The position numbers were made by a program, and so were the translations under genes. Below, piece after piece: positions 26,143 through 34,108 of a stretch of DNA of 43,161 nucleotides (position 1 is the stretch's first letter; each line of letters begins with the position of its first letter). The stretch comes from an uncultured Oscillospiraceae bacterium (lineage in GTDB: Bacteria > Bacillota > Clostridia > Oscillospirales > Ruminococcaceae). Under the pieces are notes generated by a model that saw only the letters and a list, made by a program, of their open reading frames with translations, had not been told where the DNA came from and made no database searches. The DNA lies in the NCBI GenBank assembly GCA_964479715.1, contig CAYZSR010000001.1, forward strand, positions 3,425-46,585, given 5' to 3'.

Positions 26143-27813
26143 CTACACGTTGTTTAAGTGGTTGTTATACGCCGATACCAGCGCGTCGATACTTGCCATT
26201 AAAATGTCTGCGTGGTGGGCGGCGCCCCAACTGACGGCACCGTCTTGCCACGCCAACCCAACGTAAGCTACCGCCTCACTGGTGGAGCCGGTTTCAAGGG
26301 CGTGCTCGGCGTAGGTGAGAACGGAAAAATCTTCGCCGGTGGCTTTTTTAAGGGCGTTGCTTACCGCGTCCAGCCGGCCGTTGCCGCTGGCGCTGGCGGT
26401 GCTGCGTTCATCGTTTTGATACACCGTGATGGTGGTTTGAATGTCGCCGTTGTGGGCAAATTCCACCGCCGTAATATGCATCGGCTTGGTTTTATCAAGG
26501 TAGCTGTTTTCAAAAACGGTGTAAACGTCTTGTGTCGTCAGCTCTTTTTCCTTTTTGTCGGAAACGTCTTTAACAAGGTAGCCAAAATGCTCGCACATTT
26601 TAGGTGGCATGGTGTAACCGAAGTTTTGCTCCATCAAATAACCGATACCGCCTTTGCCGCTTTGTGAGTTAATGCGGATAACGTCGGTTTCATATTCACG
26701 CCCCACATCGGCGGGGTTGATGGGTAGGTAGGGTACGTTCCAGCGCTGCAGCCCATGTTCTTCGCGCCAGCGCATGCCTTTGGCAATGGCGTCTTGGTGG
26801 CTGCCGCTGAAAGCGGCAAAAACCAACGTGCCGGCGTAAGGCTGGCGTTCAAAGACGTGCATGCCGGTGGCTTTCTCGTACGCCGCCACCACGGCGGGCA
26901 TGTCGCTAAAATTCAGCTGTGGGTCTACGCCGTGGGTAAACAGGTTCATCGCCAGCGTCACCACGTCGACGTTGCCGGTGCGCTCACCGTTGCCGAAAAG
27001 CGTGCCCTCTACCCGCTGTGCGCCCGCCAGTTGCGCAAGTTCTGCGTCGGCCACGGCGCAGCCGCGGTCGTTGTGGGGGTGGGTGGAGATGATGACGTGC
27101 TCACGGTAGGCAAGGCGGTCGCTCATGTATTGTATTTGGTTGGCGTAAACGTGGGGCATGCTTAGCTGCACGGTGGAGGGCAGGTTGATAATCACCTTAT
27201 TGTCCGCCGCGGGTTGCAGCTCTTCAAGCACCTCGTTGCACACTTCCAGCGCGTAGTCCGGCTCGGTGCCGGTAAAGCTTTCAGGGCTGTATTGAAAGCG
27301 GATGTTGCCGCTGTGTGCGTCGGCCAATTTTTTAATTACCTTGGCGGAATCAACCGCCAACACTTTTATCTCATCTTTGCTGCGTTTGAAAACCTGCTCA
27401 CGCTGTACCTGGCTGGTGGAGTTGTAAAAATGCACAATGGCGTTTTGCACCCCGTCCAGCGCATCAAAGGTTTTTTCAATAATGTGGGGACGGCACTGCG
27501 TCAGCACCTGCAGCGTAACGTCGCTTGGCACAAGGTCTTGCTCTATCAAAGCGCGCAACAGTTCAAATTCCGTCTCGCTGGCGGCGGGAAAGCCGACCTC
27601 AATTTCTTTAAACCCGACGCTGACTAGAAAGGAGAAAAACTCCAGTTTTTGGTCTAGGTTCATCGGCACCACTAAACTTTGGTTGCCGTCTCTAAGGTCT
27701 ACACTGCACCATATGGGGGCTTGTTGGATGTGGTCTTGCATAGCCCAGGTGGGCTGCTGGGTGGCGGGCACGTTAAAGTACCCGGGGGCGTATTTGTTGA
27801 AGTTTTTCAACAT
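26143..27813 (-). CDS. leuA: 2-isopropylmalate synthase, long (LeuA type 2) form
   Basis: APIWCSVDLRDGNQSLVVPM...FKEIEVGFPAASETEFE...STHPHNDRGCAVA...GTLFGNGERTGN is followed by a C-terminal LeuA dimerisation/regulatory domain. I set the start to ATG 27813 (MLKNF), preceded by GGAAGGAGGAAAA; the ORF-track MEGGK is the RBS read as protein. Confidence 0.93.
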   Translation of the reverse strand: MLKNFNKYAPGYFNVPATQQPTWAMQDHIQQAPIWCSVDLRDGNQSLVVPMNLDQKLEFFSFLVSVGFKEIEVGFPAASETEFELLRALIEQDLVPSDVTLQVLTQCRPHIIEKTFDALDGVQNAIVHFYNSTSQVQREQVFKRSKDEIKVLAVDSAKVIKKLADAHSGNIRFQYSPESFTGTEPDYALEVCNEVLEELQPAADNKVIINLPSTVQLSMPHVYANQIQYMSDRLAYREHVIISTHPHNDRGCAVADAELAQLAGAQRVEGTLFGNGERTGNVDVVTLAMNLFTHGVDPQLNFSDMPAVVAAYEKATGMHVFERQPYAGTLVFAAFSGSHQDAIAKGMRWREEHGLQRWNVPYLPINPADVGREYETDVIRINSQSGKGGIGYLMEQNFGYTMPPKMCEHFGYLVKDVSDKKEKELTTQDVYTVFENSYLDKTKPMHITAVEFAHNGDIQTTITVYQNDERSTASASGNGRLDAVSNALKKATGEDFSVLTYAEHALETGSTSEAVAYVGLAWQDGAVSWGAAHHADILMASIDALVSAYNNHLNNV

Positions 27814-27852
27814 TTTTCCTCCTTCCAAGTAATAAGGTTACTGATTTGCATG

Positions 27853-27923
27853 AAACCGCCGTTCCAGATGGCACGGCGGTTTAGCGGTTGTATTAATAAA
27901 ATTGTGTGTTGTACAATTTTATT
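27853..27923 (-). promoter_or_regulatory. leuA leader elements: a GC-rich 10 bp hairpin and an AT-rich perfect 11 bp inverted repeat
   Basis: AAACCGCCGT...ACGGCGGTTT spans 27853-27882. AATAAAATTGT-7 nt-ACAATTTTATT spans 27895-27923. Both lie between the promoter and the RBS. Confidence 0.45.
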
Positions 27924-27936
27924 TTGAATAGTCTTT

Positions 27937-27966
27937 ATTATATAACAGCCACCGCCGTAATTGCAA
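27937..27966 (-). promoter_or_regulatory. Sigma-A-type promoter of leuA-leuB
   Basis: The minus strand reads TTGCAA (27961-27966), an 18 nt spacer, then TATAAT (27937-27942). Confidence 0.55.
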
Positions 27967-28065
27967 ACAAAAAGGCGCGTTTGCCGCAAATATCCCTTTT
28001 ATTTAAGGCGGGCTGACACTGCAAAAACTGTCTTTGCCGCAAAAGGACGCTTTTTCATATTGGCT

Positions 28066-29163
28066 TCAGCGCAGTTTTACATTTAGCGCCCGGGTAATGG
28101 CAAGCGGCGCCGGTGGGCAGCCGATAACCGATTCATCAAACCCGGCGGTGCACACGCCAACACCGAAGCCGCCGCTTTGCCCTTTAAACGCTTGCCCTAT
28201 AGCGATGGGGCTTTTTTGCAGCGCCGCCAACTCGTGGTGGCTGAAGTGTGTCAGCGACCGCACCAGCGATGCGTAGCAGGCGCTACAAGCGGAGCGCTCA
28301 TCTATATAGCGGCGATACACCGCTACTTTGCGGGGGCTTTCCCCCTGCTGTCGCGGTGTGTTTTTGCCACTGTTTGTTTCTATAATATTGGCGTTTTGCA
28401 GGTTAGCGCTGCCCACACCAAGCGCCTCGGCAAGGGGGATGTACGCTACATCGTCGGGACGGTAGCCCAGCAATGTGGCGGCGTAAGCGTCGCACAAAAC
28501 GGGGTCCCGCGCGGCAATAACCCGGTTGGTTTCAACGGGGTTGCCCCCTTCTTCAAAATCCAAATCGCCGCAGATGCCGTCCACTAAAATAAAATCGGTG
28601 GGGGCGGCAAGGTTCAGGTGGGCAATGGGTTTATCTAACCCCAAACGATGAAAACGCCGCTTTTCGGTGTTGGGTATAACCCCTTTGTTGTTTTTTAAAG
28701 CACAGGTTAACAGCGTTTGGCAGTGCCCTTTAAGCACCGGCATATTAATCATAAAATCCACGTTGCGGGCGCTGTCACAAAGGTCTATATCCAGCCCGGC
28801 GCAGTGGTGGGTTTGGTGGCTGTCCTTTTGTGTGTCTATCAGCGGTACATCGTATTTTTCTGCCAGCTCACGGTAGCCGCACACGGTAAATGCTTTCGAC
28901 GTAACGTCGCCCACCCACGCCCCCTCAATGATAGAAATATTGTGAAAACCGTGCTCTTTAAGGTAAAAAAGCACCGCGTCCACCAGCTCCGGGTGGGTGG
29001 TGGCGCCGTTGCTTGCCGGGCTTGCCAGCACTAAATTCGGTTTAATGCCTATCTTTTTGTCGGTGCTGCCAATCAGCTTGTTAAGCTGTGCTTTTCTTAA
29101 TAAATCCAGCGCTATTTGGCGGCTGTCTTTGCCGTATCGCACATAAATATCGTTTTTTTCCAT
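28066..29163 (-). CDS. DUF362-domain protein (putative Fe-S-associated, function unknown)
   Basis: IGIKPNLVLASPASNGATTHPELVDAVLFYLKEHGFHNISIIEGAW is the DUF362 core as I remember it. The C-terminal part is Cys-containing (CSACYASL, GVCTAGF, IGCPP). Confidence 0.55.
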   Translation of the reverse strand: MEKNDIYVRYGKDSRQIALDLLRKAQLNKLIGSTDKKIGIKPNLVLASPASNGATTHPELVDAVLFYLKEHGFHNISIIEGAWVGDVTSKAFTVCGYRELAEKYDVPLIDTQKDSHQTHHCAGLDIDLCDSARNVDFMINMPVLKGHCQTLLTCALKNNKGVIPNTEKRRFHRLGLDKPIAHLNLAAPTDFILVDGICGDLDFEEGGNPVETNRVIAARDPVLCDAYAATLLGYRPDDVAYIPLAEALGVGSANLQNANIIETNSGKNTPRQQGESPRKVAVYRRYIDERSACSACYASLVRSLTHFSHHELAALQKSPIAIGQAFKGQSGGFGVGVCTAGFDESVIGCPPAPLAITRALNVKLR

Positions 29164-29250
29164 CGTTACCGTCCCCTATTTGTTGCACATTAAAGAAAAT
29201 TTGATTATACTTATCGTATAGATATTTTTACAAATTGAGCGAGGCGAAAA

Positions 29251-30078
29251 ATGAAAACTGCAATTGTATGTGAAGGCGGCGGCATGCGCGGCATCTACAC
29301 AAGCGGTGTATTACAAGCTTTTCTAGACGCTGATTTTGAAGCCGACGCACTGTACGGCGTATCTGCCGGCGCCACCAACGGGTTAAACTATGTGTCGCGC
29401 CAAGACGAGCGCGGGCTGCGCACCAACGTGGATTACGTGGACGACAGCCGCTATCTCAGCTTTTCAAACTACCTTAAAAACGGCTCTGCCTTTGGCATGG
29501 AGTTTATCTTTGAAGAGATAACCGACACGCTTGACCCCTTTGATTTTGAGGCGTTTCATGCTTCCGGCTGTGAATTTTACGCCGGTGTAACCGATATGTA
29601 CACCGGGCACAGCGTCTTTTTCGGCAAAGAAGTGTTTAAAGAAAGCCTTGATATTATCAAAGCGTCTTGCGCACTGCCGATACTTTCCAACACCATTTAT
29701 TTTAAAGACCGTCCCTATATGGACGGCGGCATCAGCAACCCCATCCCGGTGAATGAGCCTTTTAAAGATGGGTATGACCAAGCCATTGTTATTTTAACGC
29801 GCGAGCGTAGCTATGTGAAAGAGCGAGAGGGCTTTCAGCGTTTATACAACCAATTATATAAGCAATACCCTAATTTTGTGCGCGCCATGCGGCTGCGCCA
29901 TTTGGTTTATAACCACACACTGCGCCAAGTAGAGCGGCTTGAAAAAGCCGGCCGCGTATTGGTGGTGGCACCAAAAGAACCGCTTAAAATTGACCGCTTT
30001 TCTAAAAACTACGACCATTTAATGCACGCCTATAAAGAAGGCCTGCAAGACGGCGCCGAGGTACTTACCAAGCTGTAA
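29251..30078 (+). CDS. Patatin-like phospholipase family protein
   Basis: It has the oxyanion motif CEGGGMRGIYTSGVL, the nucleophile elbow GVSAGA (GxSxG) and a downstream MDGGI Asp motif. The protein is 275 aa. Confidence 0.85.
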   Translation: MKTAIVCEGGGMRGIYTSGVLQAFLDADFEADALYGVSAGATNGLNYVSRQDERGLRTNVDYVDDSRYLSFSNYLKNGSAFGMEFIFEEITDTLDPFDFEAFHASGCEFYAGVTDMYTGHSVFFGKEVFKESLDIIKASCALPILSNTIYFKDRPYMDGGISNPIPVNEPFKDGYDQAIVILTRERSYVKEREGFQRLYNQLYKQYPNFVRAMRLRHLVYNHTLRQVERLEKAGRVLVVAPKEPLKIDRFSKNYDHLMHAYKEGLQDGAEVLTKL

Positions 30079-30088
30079 AGCGGCGCCA

Positions 30089-30781
30089 TTACTTAATATG
30101 TTGTTTCAATAGCGCAAGCCCATCGTCATGGGTTTGCGCTATTTCTTTTTGCAACCCGCTAAAAAAGCTGTCTGCCTCCCGCTGTCTTTGCGTCGCTATC
30201 GCTTTGCCTTTAGGTGTGTACAAGCGGCTTGCCATGTTTTGTATTTTGGCGCGGTAGGCGTCAAAGGTGGTCTTTTTTGGGGTGGTGGCTTCTGCCGAAA
30301 TTTCTTGCCCGCTGAAAAGGGGGCTGCCGTCTGCGTCTAACAAATACAGTTTTTCTTGCAACCGCTCGGCGTATTGCAGCGCACGCACCACGCCGCTGTA
30401 ACCGTTTAAATCTAGCGTGTCGGCGTCGTGTACTATTTTTGCTTCCAGCGTTTGGGGCGGCGTACCGCCGCTGCTGTGCGCTTCCACGCAGTGGCGCACC
30501 CGCTTTGCCGTTTCTTGCTGCCAGCCACGCTTTAAAAGGTGGGTGTACGCCATATCGGCGCCGATAGCGGCGTGCGGCTGCCCCGTTCGGTTTTGTGCGC
30601 CGCGCCCCACATCGTGCAACAGCGCTGCCGCTATCACCACGTCGGTGTCGGCGGTTTTTTCGCTTTCGCAAATGATTAATGCAAGGCTCAGCACCCGCAA
30701 AATATGTCCCTCATCGTGCACGGTGGCTTCGCTGTACCGCTTCATATAACGGTATAAATCGTTGTATTGTTTTTCTGTCAT
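30089..30781 (-). CDS. HD-domain phosphohydrolase-family protein
   Basis: HILRVLSLALIICE...VVIAAALLHDVGR...HCVEAHS...VHDADTLD is the H..HD..H..D metal-ligand pattern. I set the start to ATG 30781 (MTEKQY, GAGG 8 nt upstream). The longer ORF-track N-terminus runs to within a few nt of the upstream terminator and has no RBS. Confidence 0.7.
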   Translation of the reverse strand: MTEKQYNDLYRYMKRYSEATVHDEGHILRVLSLALIICESEKTADTDVVIAAALLHDVGRGAQNRTGQPHAAIGADMAYTHLLKRGWQQETAKRVRHCVEAHSSGGTPPQTLEAKIVHDADTLDLNGYSGVVRALQYAERLQEKLYLLDADGSPLFSGQEISAEATTPKKTTFDAYRAKIQNMASRLYTPKGKAIATQRQREADSFFSGLQKEIAQTHDDGLALLKQHIK

Positions 30782-30891
30782 TTCAATCGCCTCATTCGCC
30801 TCATTTTTTAAGGTGGGTTCTACTTTCAATTTCTTCGGCACGGGGTTTAAAGCGCTCTTTAAGAGCCACCCAAAACACGGTGTCAATTTAA

Positions 30892-30917
30892 ACCGCCGCC
30901 TTTTAATGGGCGGCGGT
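30892..30917 (-). terminator. Intrinsic terminator after the pseudokinase gene
   Basis: ACCGCCGCC-ttttaatg-GGCGGCGGT is a 9 bp stem. The minus-strand transcript continues TTTAAATT. Confidence 0.6.
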
Positions 30918-30931
30918 GCTTTATTTTATGT

Positions 30932-31738
30932 TTATAGCGCCAGCGACGATTTATTCTTCGCCTTTTCTTTTAGCTCTATAATAAGTTCTTCGCTGTCTCT
31001 AAAGCCGTTTAACCGCCGTAATACGGCGATGGCTTCTTTGTATTCACCGGCGGCGATGTATTCTTGCGCCAGAGAGTAATCATACTCTTGCGGCATAAAA
31101 TAAGCGGTGCCGGGCGTCCATTCGGCAATTTGCAGATACTGGCTGTACGCTTCTTCTCTAAAGGCTTGGTCAAGCCGGTAGTATTGCACCGCCGTGTAGC
31201 CGAAAAAGGCGGCAATCAACAACAAGATGGTAACCAGCAGCGAAAACGCCGCTTTTCTGCCCCGCCCCATCTTTTCTTTTTGTGCGTCGAAGGTGGTGTA
31301 TTGGCGCCGCGCTTTAATCATCCGCTCAAGCAACCATTCCAAGTTGGGAATGCGGTTGTTGGGGTTTGGGGCGGTGGCGTCGTTAATAACACGCGCCAGC
31401 GGGCTGCCGTCTTGCGCAATAAGCGGCGCCGATTTTCTTTGGCGTGCATCGGGCGGCGGCGTTTCGGTAAAAAGGGTGTATAGCACCGCGCCAACAAAAT
31501 ATACCGCCGTGGCACCGTCGCCATGCCCTTGGTAACTTTCAGGCGCGGCAAAGCCGGCTTCATAATGGTCTATCTGTGGTACGTTCTTCTCCCATGAGGT
31601 TTGTTTCAGCGCAATGCGCTGTGGGCTAACCAGCACATTTTTTGTTGATAAAAGCAGGTTGACGTTGCCCTGCAGCTGAAGTGCCACCAGCTGCTCTACA
31701 AAATTGATGCCTAAGCGAAGTATCTCTCGTTGCTCCAT
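30932..31738 (-). CDS. Membrane protein with a C-lobe-only Ser/Thr-kinase-like (pseudokinase) domain, one TM segment and a short TPR-like tail
   Basis: FAAPESYQG (APE motif), AVYFVGAVLYTLFT (subdomain IX) and NRIPNLEWLLERM (subdomain XI-like) are present. There is no Gly-rich loop, no VAIK Lys, no HRD (it reads NLLLSTKN) and no DFG. The TM segment is AAFSLLVTILLLIAAFFGYTAV. A GGGAGG RBS precedes the ATG. Confidence 0.6.
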   Translation of the reverse strand: MEQREILRLGINFVEQLVALQLQGNVNLLLSTKNVLVSPQRIALKQTSWEKNVPQIDHYEAGFAAPESYQGHGDGATAVYFVGAVLYTLFTETPPPDARQRKSAPLIAQDGSPLARVINDATAPNPNNRIPNLEWLLERMIKARRQYTTFDAQKEKMGRGRKAAFSLLVTILLLIAAFFGYTAVQYYRLDQAFREEAYSQYLQIAEWTPGTAYFMPQEYDYSLAQEYIAAGEYKEAIAVLRRLNGFRDSEELIIELKEKAKNKSSLAL

Positions 31739-31833
31739 GCAAGCCTCCCGGGTAATGCAGATAAACGAATGGTCTGTTTGCCGTTAAAAGCAAGAATCAA
31801 TGCGTATTTTGTCTATCTATACCATACTATAGC

Positions 31834-31870
31834 AAAAAAACGGGCACTGCAAGATACAGCGCCCGTTTTT
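31834..31870 (-). terminator. Intrinsic terminator after the desulfoferrodoxin gene
   Basis: aaaaaaaCGGGCaCTG-caagata-CAGcGCCCGttttt, with A and T runs on both sides. Confidence 0.8.
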
Positions 31871-31891
31871 CCGTTTCAATGTTTAATTTTG

Positions 31892-32281
31892 TTATTTAAC
31901 GTCTGCTTTCCACAGCCCGTGCAGGTTGCACCATTCAAAAAGGGCGATGGGCTCGTCCCCGTCTGCCACGGTGAAGGTGGCTTTCGGCTCGTCGCCGGCT
32001 TGCAGTTTTTTGCGCTGGCCGCCCAGTTTTGTTTGCAGCCAAATCCAGCCAATGTAGTGTTCTTCCAGCATGGGGTGAATGTCTGAGCCGATTTGAACGC
32101 TGATTTTATCGCCATTTACTTCAAAAGCAGGAACGTGCTTTTCTTGCGATGCGTCCACCGTGTTGGCTTCCATCAACGTCATCGGGTCGCCGCAGCAGAT
32201 AATGTCAACGCCGCTATCAAAAAGCTGGTCGACAAGGTTGCCGCAATGTTTACAGATATAGAATTGTGGGGTGGTGTTCAT
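31892..32281 (-). CDS. dfx: Desulfoferrodoxin (2Fe superoxide reductase)
   Basis: The N-terminal desulforedoxin-like CKHCGN...ICCG is followed by the C-terminal SOR centre: KHVP, HPMLEEHYIGWIW, CNLHGLW. Confidence 0.92.
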   Translation of the reverse strand: MNTTPQFYICKHCGNLVDQLFDSGVDIICCGDPMTLMEANTVDASQEKHVPAFEVNGDKISVQIGSDIHPMLEEHYIGWIWLQTKLGGQRKKLQAGDEPKATFTVADGDEPIALFEWCNLHGLWKADVK

Positions 32282-32423
32282 AATATAACCTCCAATATTT
32301 TTATATGAAAGGCGTATTCATTTATTCATATACAACAAGCATACACTTATTATATGAATTAATTATGAAGCCTTAGTTAATTATACCATTTTTGTATACT
32401 TTTATCAATTTACACGGCGTTGT

Positions 32424-33608
32424 TTAAATAAGCCCGTTTTTTTGCGCGGCGGCAACCAAACGGTTAAGGGCGTTTTGCAACGTTTGCCGGGGGCAGGCAA
32501 GGTTTATTCGCCCGTGCCCTTCACCGCCGGCACCAAAGGTGGCGCCGTCGTTAATGGGCAGCTGTGCCTCGGTTTTTAAAAACTCTTGCAGCGCCTCGTG
32601 CGACAGACCCAGGGCGGAAAAATCTACCCACAACAGGTAACTGCCCTCCAGCGGCGCCACGGTAAGCTGCGGCAACTGTTCTTTGAAAAACGCCGCCGCC
32701 AACCGGTAGTTGCCATGCAGGTAGCGCAGCAACGCCTCCAGCCACGGCGCCCCCGATTGATACGCCGTTTGGGTTGCCACCAGCCCGAAGTACGAGTTAA
32801 AGCCAACACCGTCTTGCATCAGCTGGCTTTCAAAGGTTTCTCTCATGGCGCTGTTTTGAATAAAGATGTTCGATGTGGTAAGCCCCGCCAGTGAAAATGT
32901 TTTGCTGGCCGAGGTGGCGATAATCGCCCGTTGCTGGTACTCATTGCCCAGCACGCCGTAAGGGGTGTGGCGGTGGTTCGGCATCACAATGTCGGCGTGG
33001 ATTTCGTCTGAGAAAAAGAGGACATCGTGGGCGTGGCAAATGGCGGCCATCTGCGTCAGCTCTTCTTTAGTCCACACCCGGCCTGCCGGGTTGTGCGGGC
33101 TGCAAAGAATAAACATCGTCGCTTTTTGGGCTTGCCGCTCAAAGTCATCAAAGTCTATGGTGTATCTGCCGTCTTTCTCAATCAATCTGTTCTCCAGCAG
33201 CGTTCTGCCGTTTTGCCGGATACCGCTGTAAAAAGGCGGGTAGACAGGCGGCTGTATTAAAACACCGTCCCCCGGCTTTGTAAAGGCGCGAACGGCGGCG
33301 TACACCGCGTGCACCACGCCGGAGGTGCAAACAATCCATTCTTTTTCGGGGCGCCAGTTGTGGCGTGTTTGCATCCAGTTAACCACCGTTTCTTTGTATG
33401 CTTCGGTGGGCCCGGTGTAACCCCATAAACCGCTTTGTGCCGCCTGCGTTACGGCGTCTACCACCACGGGGGCGGTGGCAAACTCCATATCCGCCACCGT
33501 TAGCGGCACAACGTCGTCTGCAAAGCCTTGTTGCTGTGCCATCAGCCATTTTTCAGAGCCGGCACGGCGCCGCATGGCGGGCGGATAAACGGTATCAAAA
33601 TCAAACAT
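32424..33608 (-). CDS. patB: PLP-dependent C-S lyase / cystathionine beta-lyase of the MalY/PatB family
   Basis: FDFDTVYP..RRRAGSEKW is at the N-terminus, followed by VVPLTVADMEF, ILCSPHNPAGRVW and SASKTFSLAGL (PLP lysine context). Confidence 0.85.
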   Translation of the reverse strand: MFDFDTVYPPAMRRRAGSEKWLMAQQQGFADDVVPLTVADMEFATAPVVVDAVTQAAQSGLWGYTGPTEAYKETVVNWMQTRHNWRPEKEWIVCTSGVVHAVYAAVRAFTKPGDGVLIQPPVYPPFYSGIRQNGRTLLENRLIEKDGRYTIDFDDFERQAQKATMFILCSPHNPAGRVWTKEELTQMAAICHAHDVLFFSDEIHADIVMPNHRHTPYGVLGNEYQQRAIIATSASKTFSLAGLTTSNIFIQNSAMRETFESQLMQDGVGFNSYFGLVATQTAYQSGAPWLEALLRYLHGNYRLAAAFFKEQLPQLTVAPLEGSYLLWVDFSALGLSHEALQEFLKTEAQLPINDGATFGAGGEGHGRINLACPRQTLQNALNRLVAAAQKNGLI

Positions 33609-33822
33609 AACAACCCTTCTTTTCTGCTTAGTGTGGCACTATTATATCATAAATGACGGGCTAATTCATTGTTTGCAGCGTAAGAATCTGCCTTTCAGGG
33701 GGGCGGTTTGTACAAAAGGCGCTCTGCTTAATAAGCGATAAGTCGATATAATTTTGCTTTTCTGTGTTTTCACAACACGCACCACATCGGTTTGAAAGAA
33801 ATGCTGCCACGGCAGGCAACAA

Positions 33823-33852
33823 AAAACCCCGCAAGCAATTTGCTTGCGGGGT
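33823..33852 (-). terminator. Intrinsic terminator immediately after the tRNA
   Basis: CCCCGCAAGCAA-tt-TGCTTGCGGGG, with an A-run on the plus strand that gives a U-run on the minus-strand transcript. Confidence 0.85.
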
Positions 33853-33929
33853 TGGTATGCCCGACAGGAGTCGAACCTGCGACCTTCAGAGTCGGAGTCT
33901 GACGCGCTATCCAGCTGCGCTACGGGCAC
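33853..33929 (-). tRNA. tRNA-Arg, anticodon CCG, with genomically encoded CCA
   Basis: The minus strand reads GTGCCCG-TA-GCGC-AGCTGGATA-GCGC-G-TCAGA-CTCCGAC-TCTGA-AGGTC-GCAGG-TTCGACT-CCTGT-CGGGCAT-A-CCA. It folds as a cloverleaf with a 7 bp acceptor stem and a TTCGA T-loop. The anticodon loop is CT-CCG-AC. Confidence 0.93.
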
Positions 33930-33967
33930 CTCTATCGGCGGTATTTTGGTTACACCGCCACTCTATT

Positions 33968-33995
33968 ATTATAACAAGGTTTGCGGTTTTGTAAA
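33968..33995 (-). promoter_or_regulatory. Extended -10 promoter of the tRNA-Arg gene
   Basis: The minus strand reads TTTACA (33990-33995), a 16 nt spacer, then TGtTATAAT (hexamer at 33968-33973). Confidence 0.6.
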
Positions 33996-34108
33996 GGCGG
34001 CAAAAAGAGCGGCGCAACGTTTTTATGTTTTTATTGATAAGGCACTTACTTTTATCGCGATGTGTGGTATTATTATAGCAGACAAAATATTATAAGGGGG
34101 CGGCAGCG

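Noticed and set aside
27829-27990. A T-box riboswitch or Leu leader-peptide attenuator in front of leuA.
   Set aside because: The leader is only about 120 nt. I found no T-box consensus (AAnnnGGGTGGTACCGCG-like) and no specifier-loop architecture. The only short ORF in it (MQISNLITWKEEKC) has no run of Leu codons.
28066-31738. Patatin, HD-domain and kinase-like genes forming an anti-phage module (CBASS or similar).
   Set aside because: The genes lie on different strands with their own terminators and promoters. There is no cyclase/nucleotidyltransferase, STING/SAVED, TIR or other sensor/effector partner. The patatin protein is an ordinary stand-alone size.
33666-34095. ORFs 33666-33929 (minus), 33764-33994 (plus) and 33844-34095 (plus) around the tRNA.
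   Set aside because: They overlap the tRNA-Arg gene, its terminator and its promoter. The cloverleaf explains the sequence, and there is no independent coding evidence.
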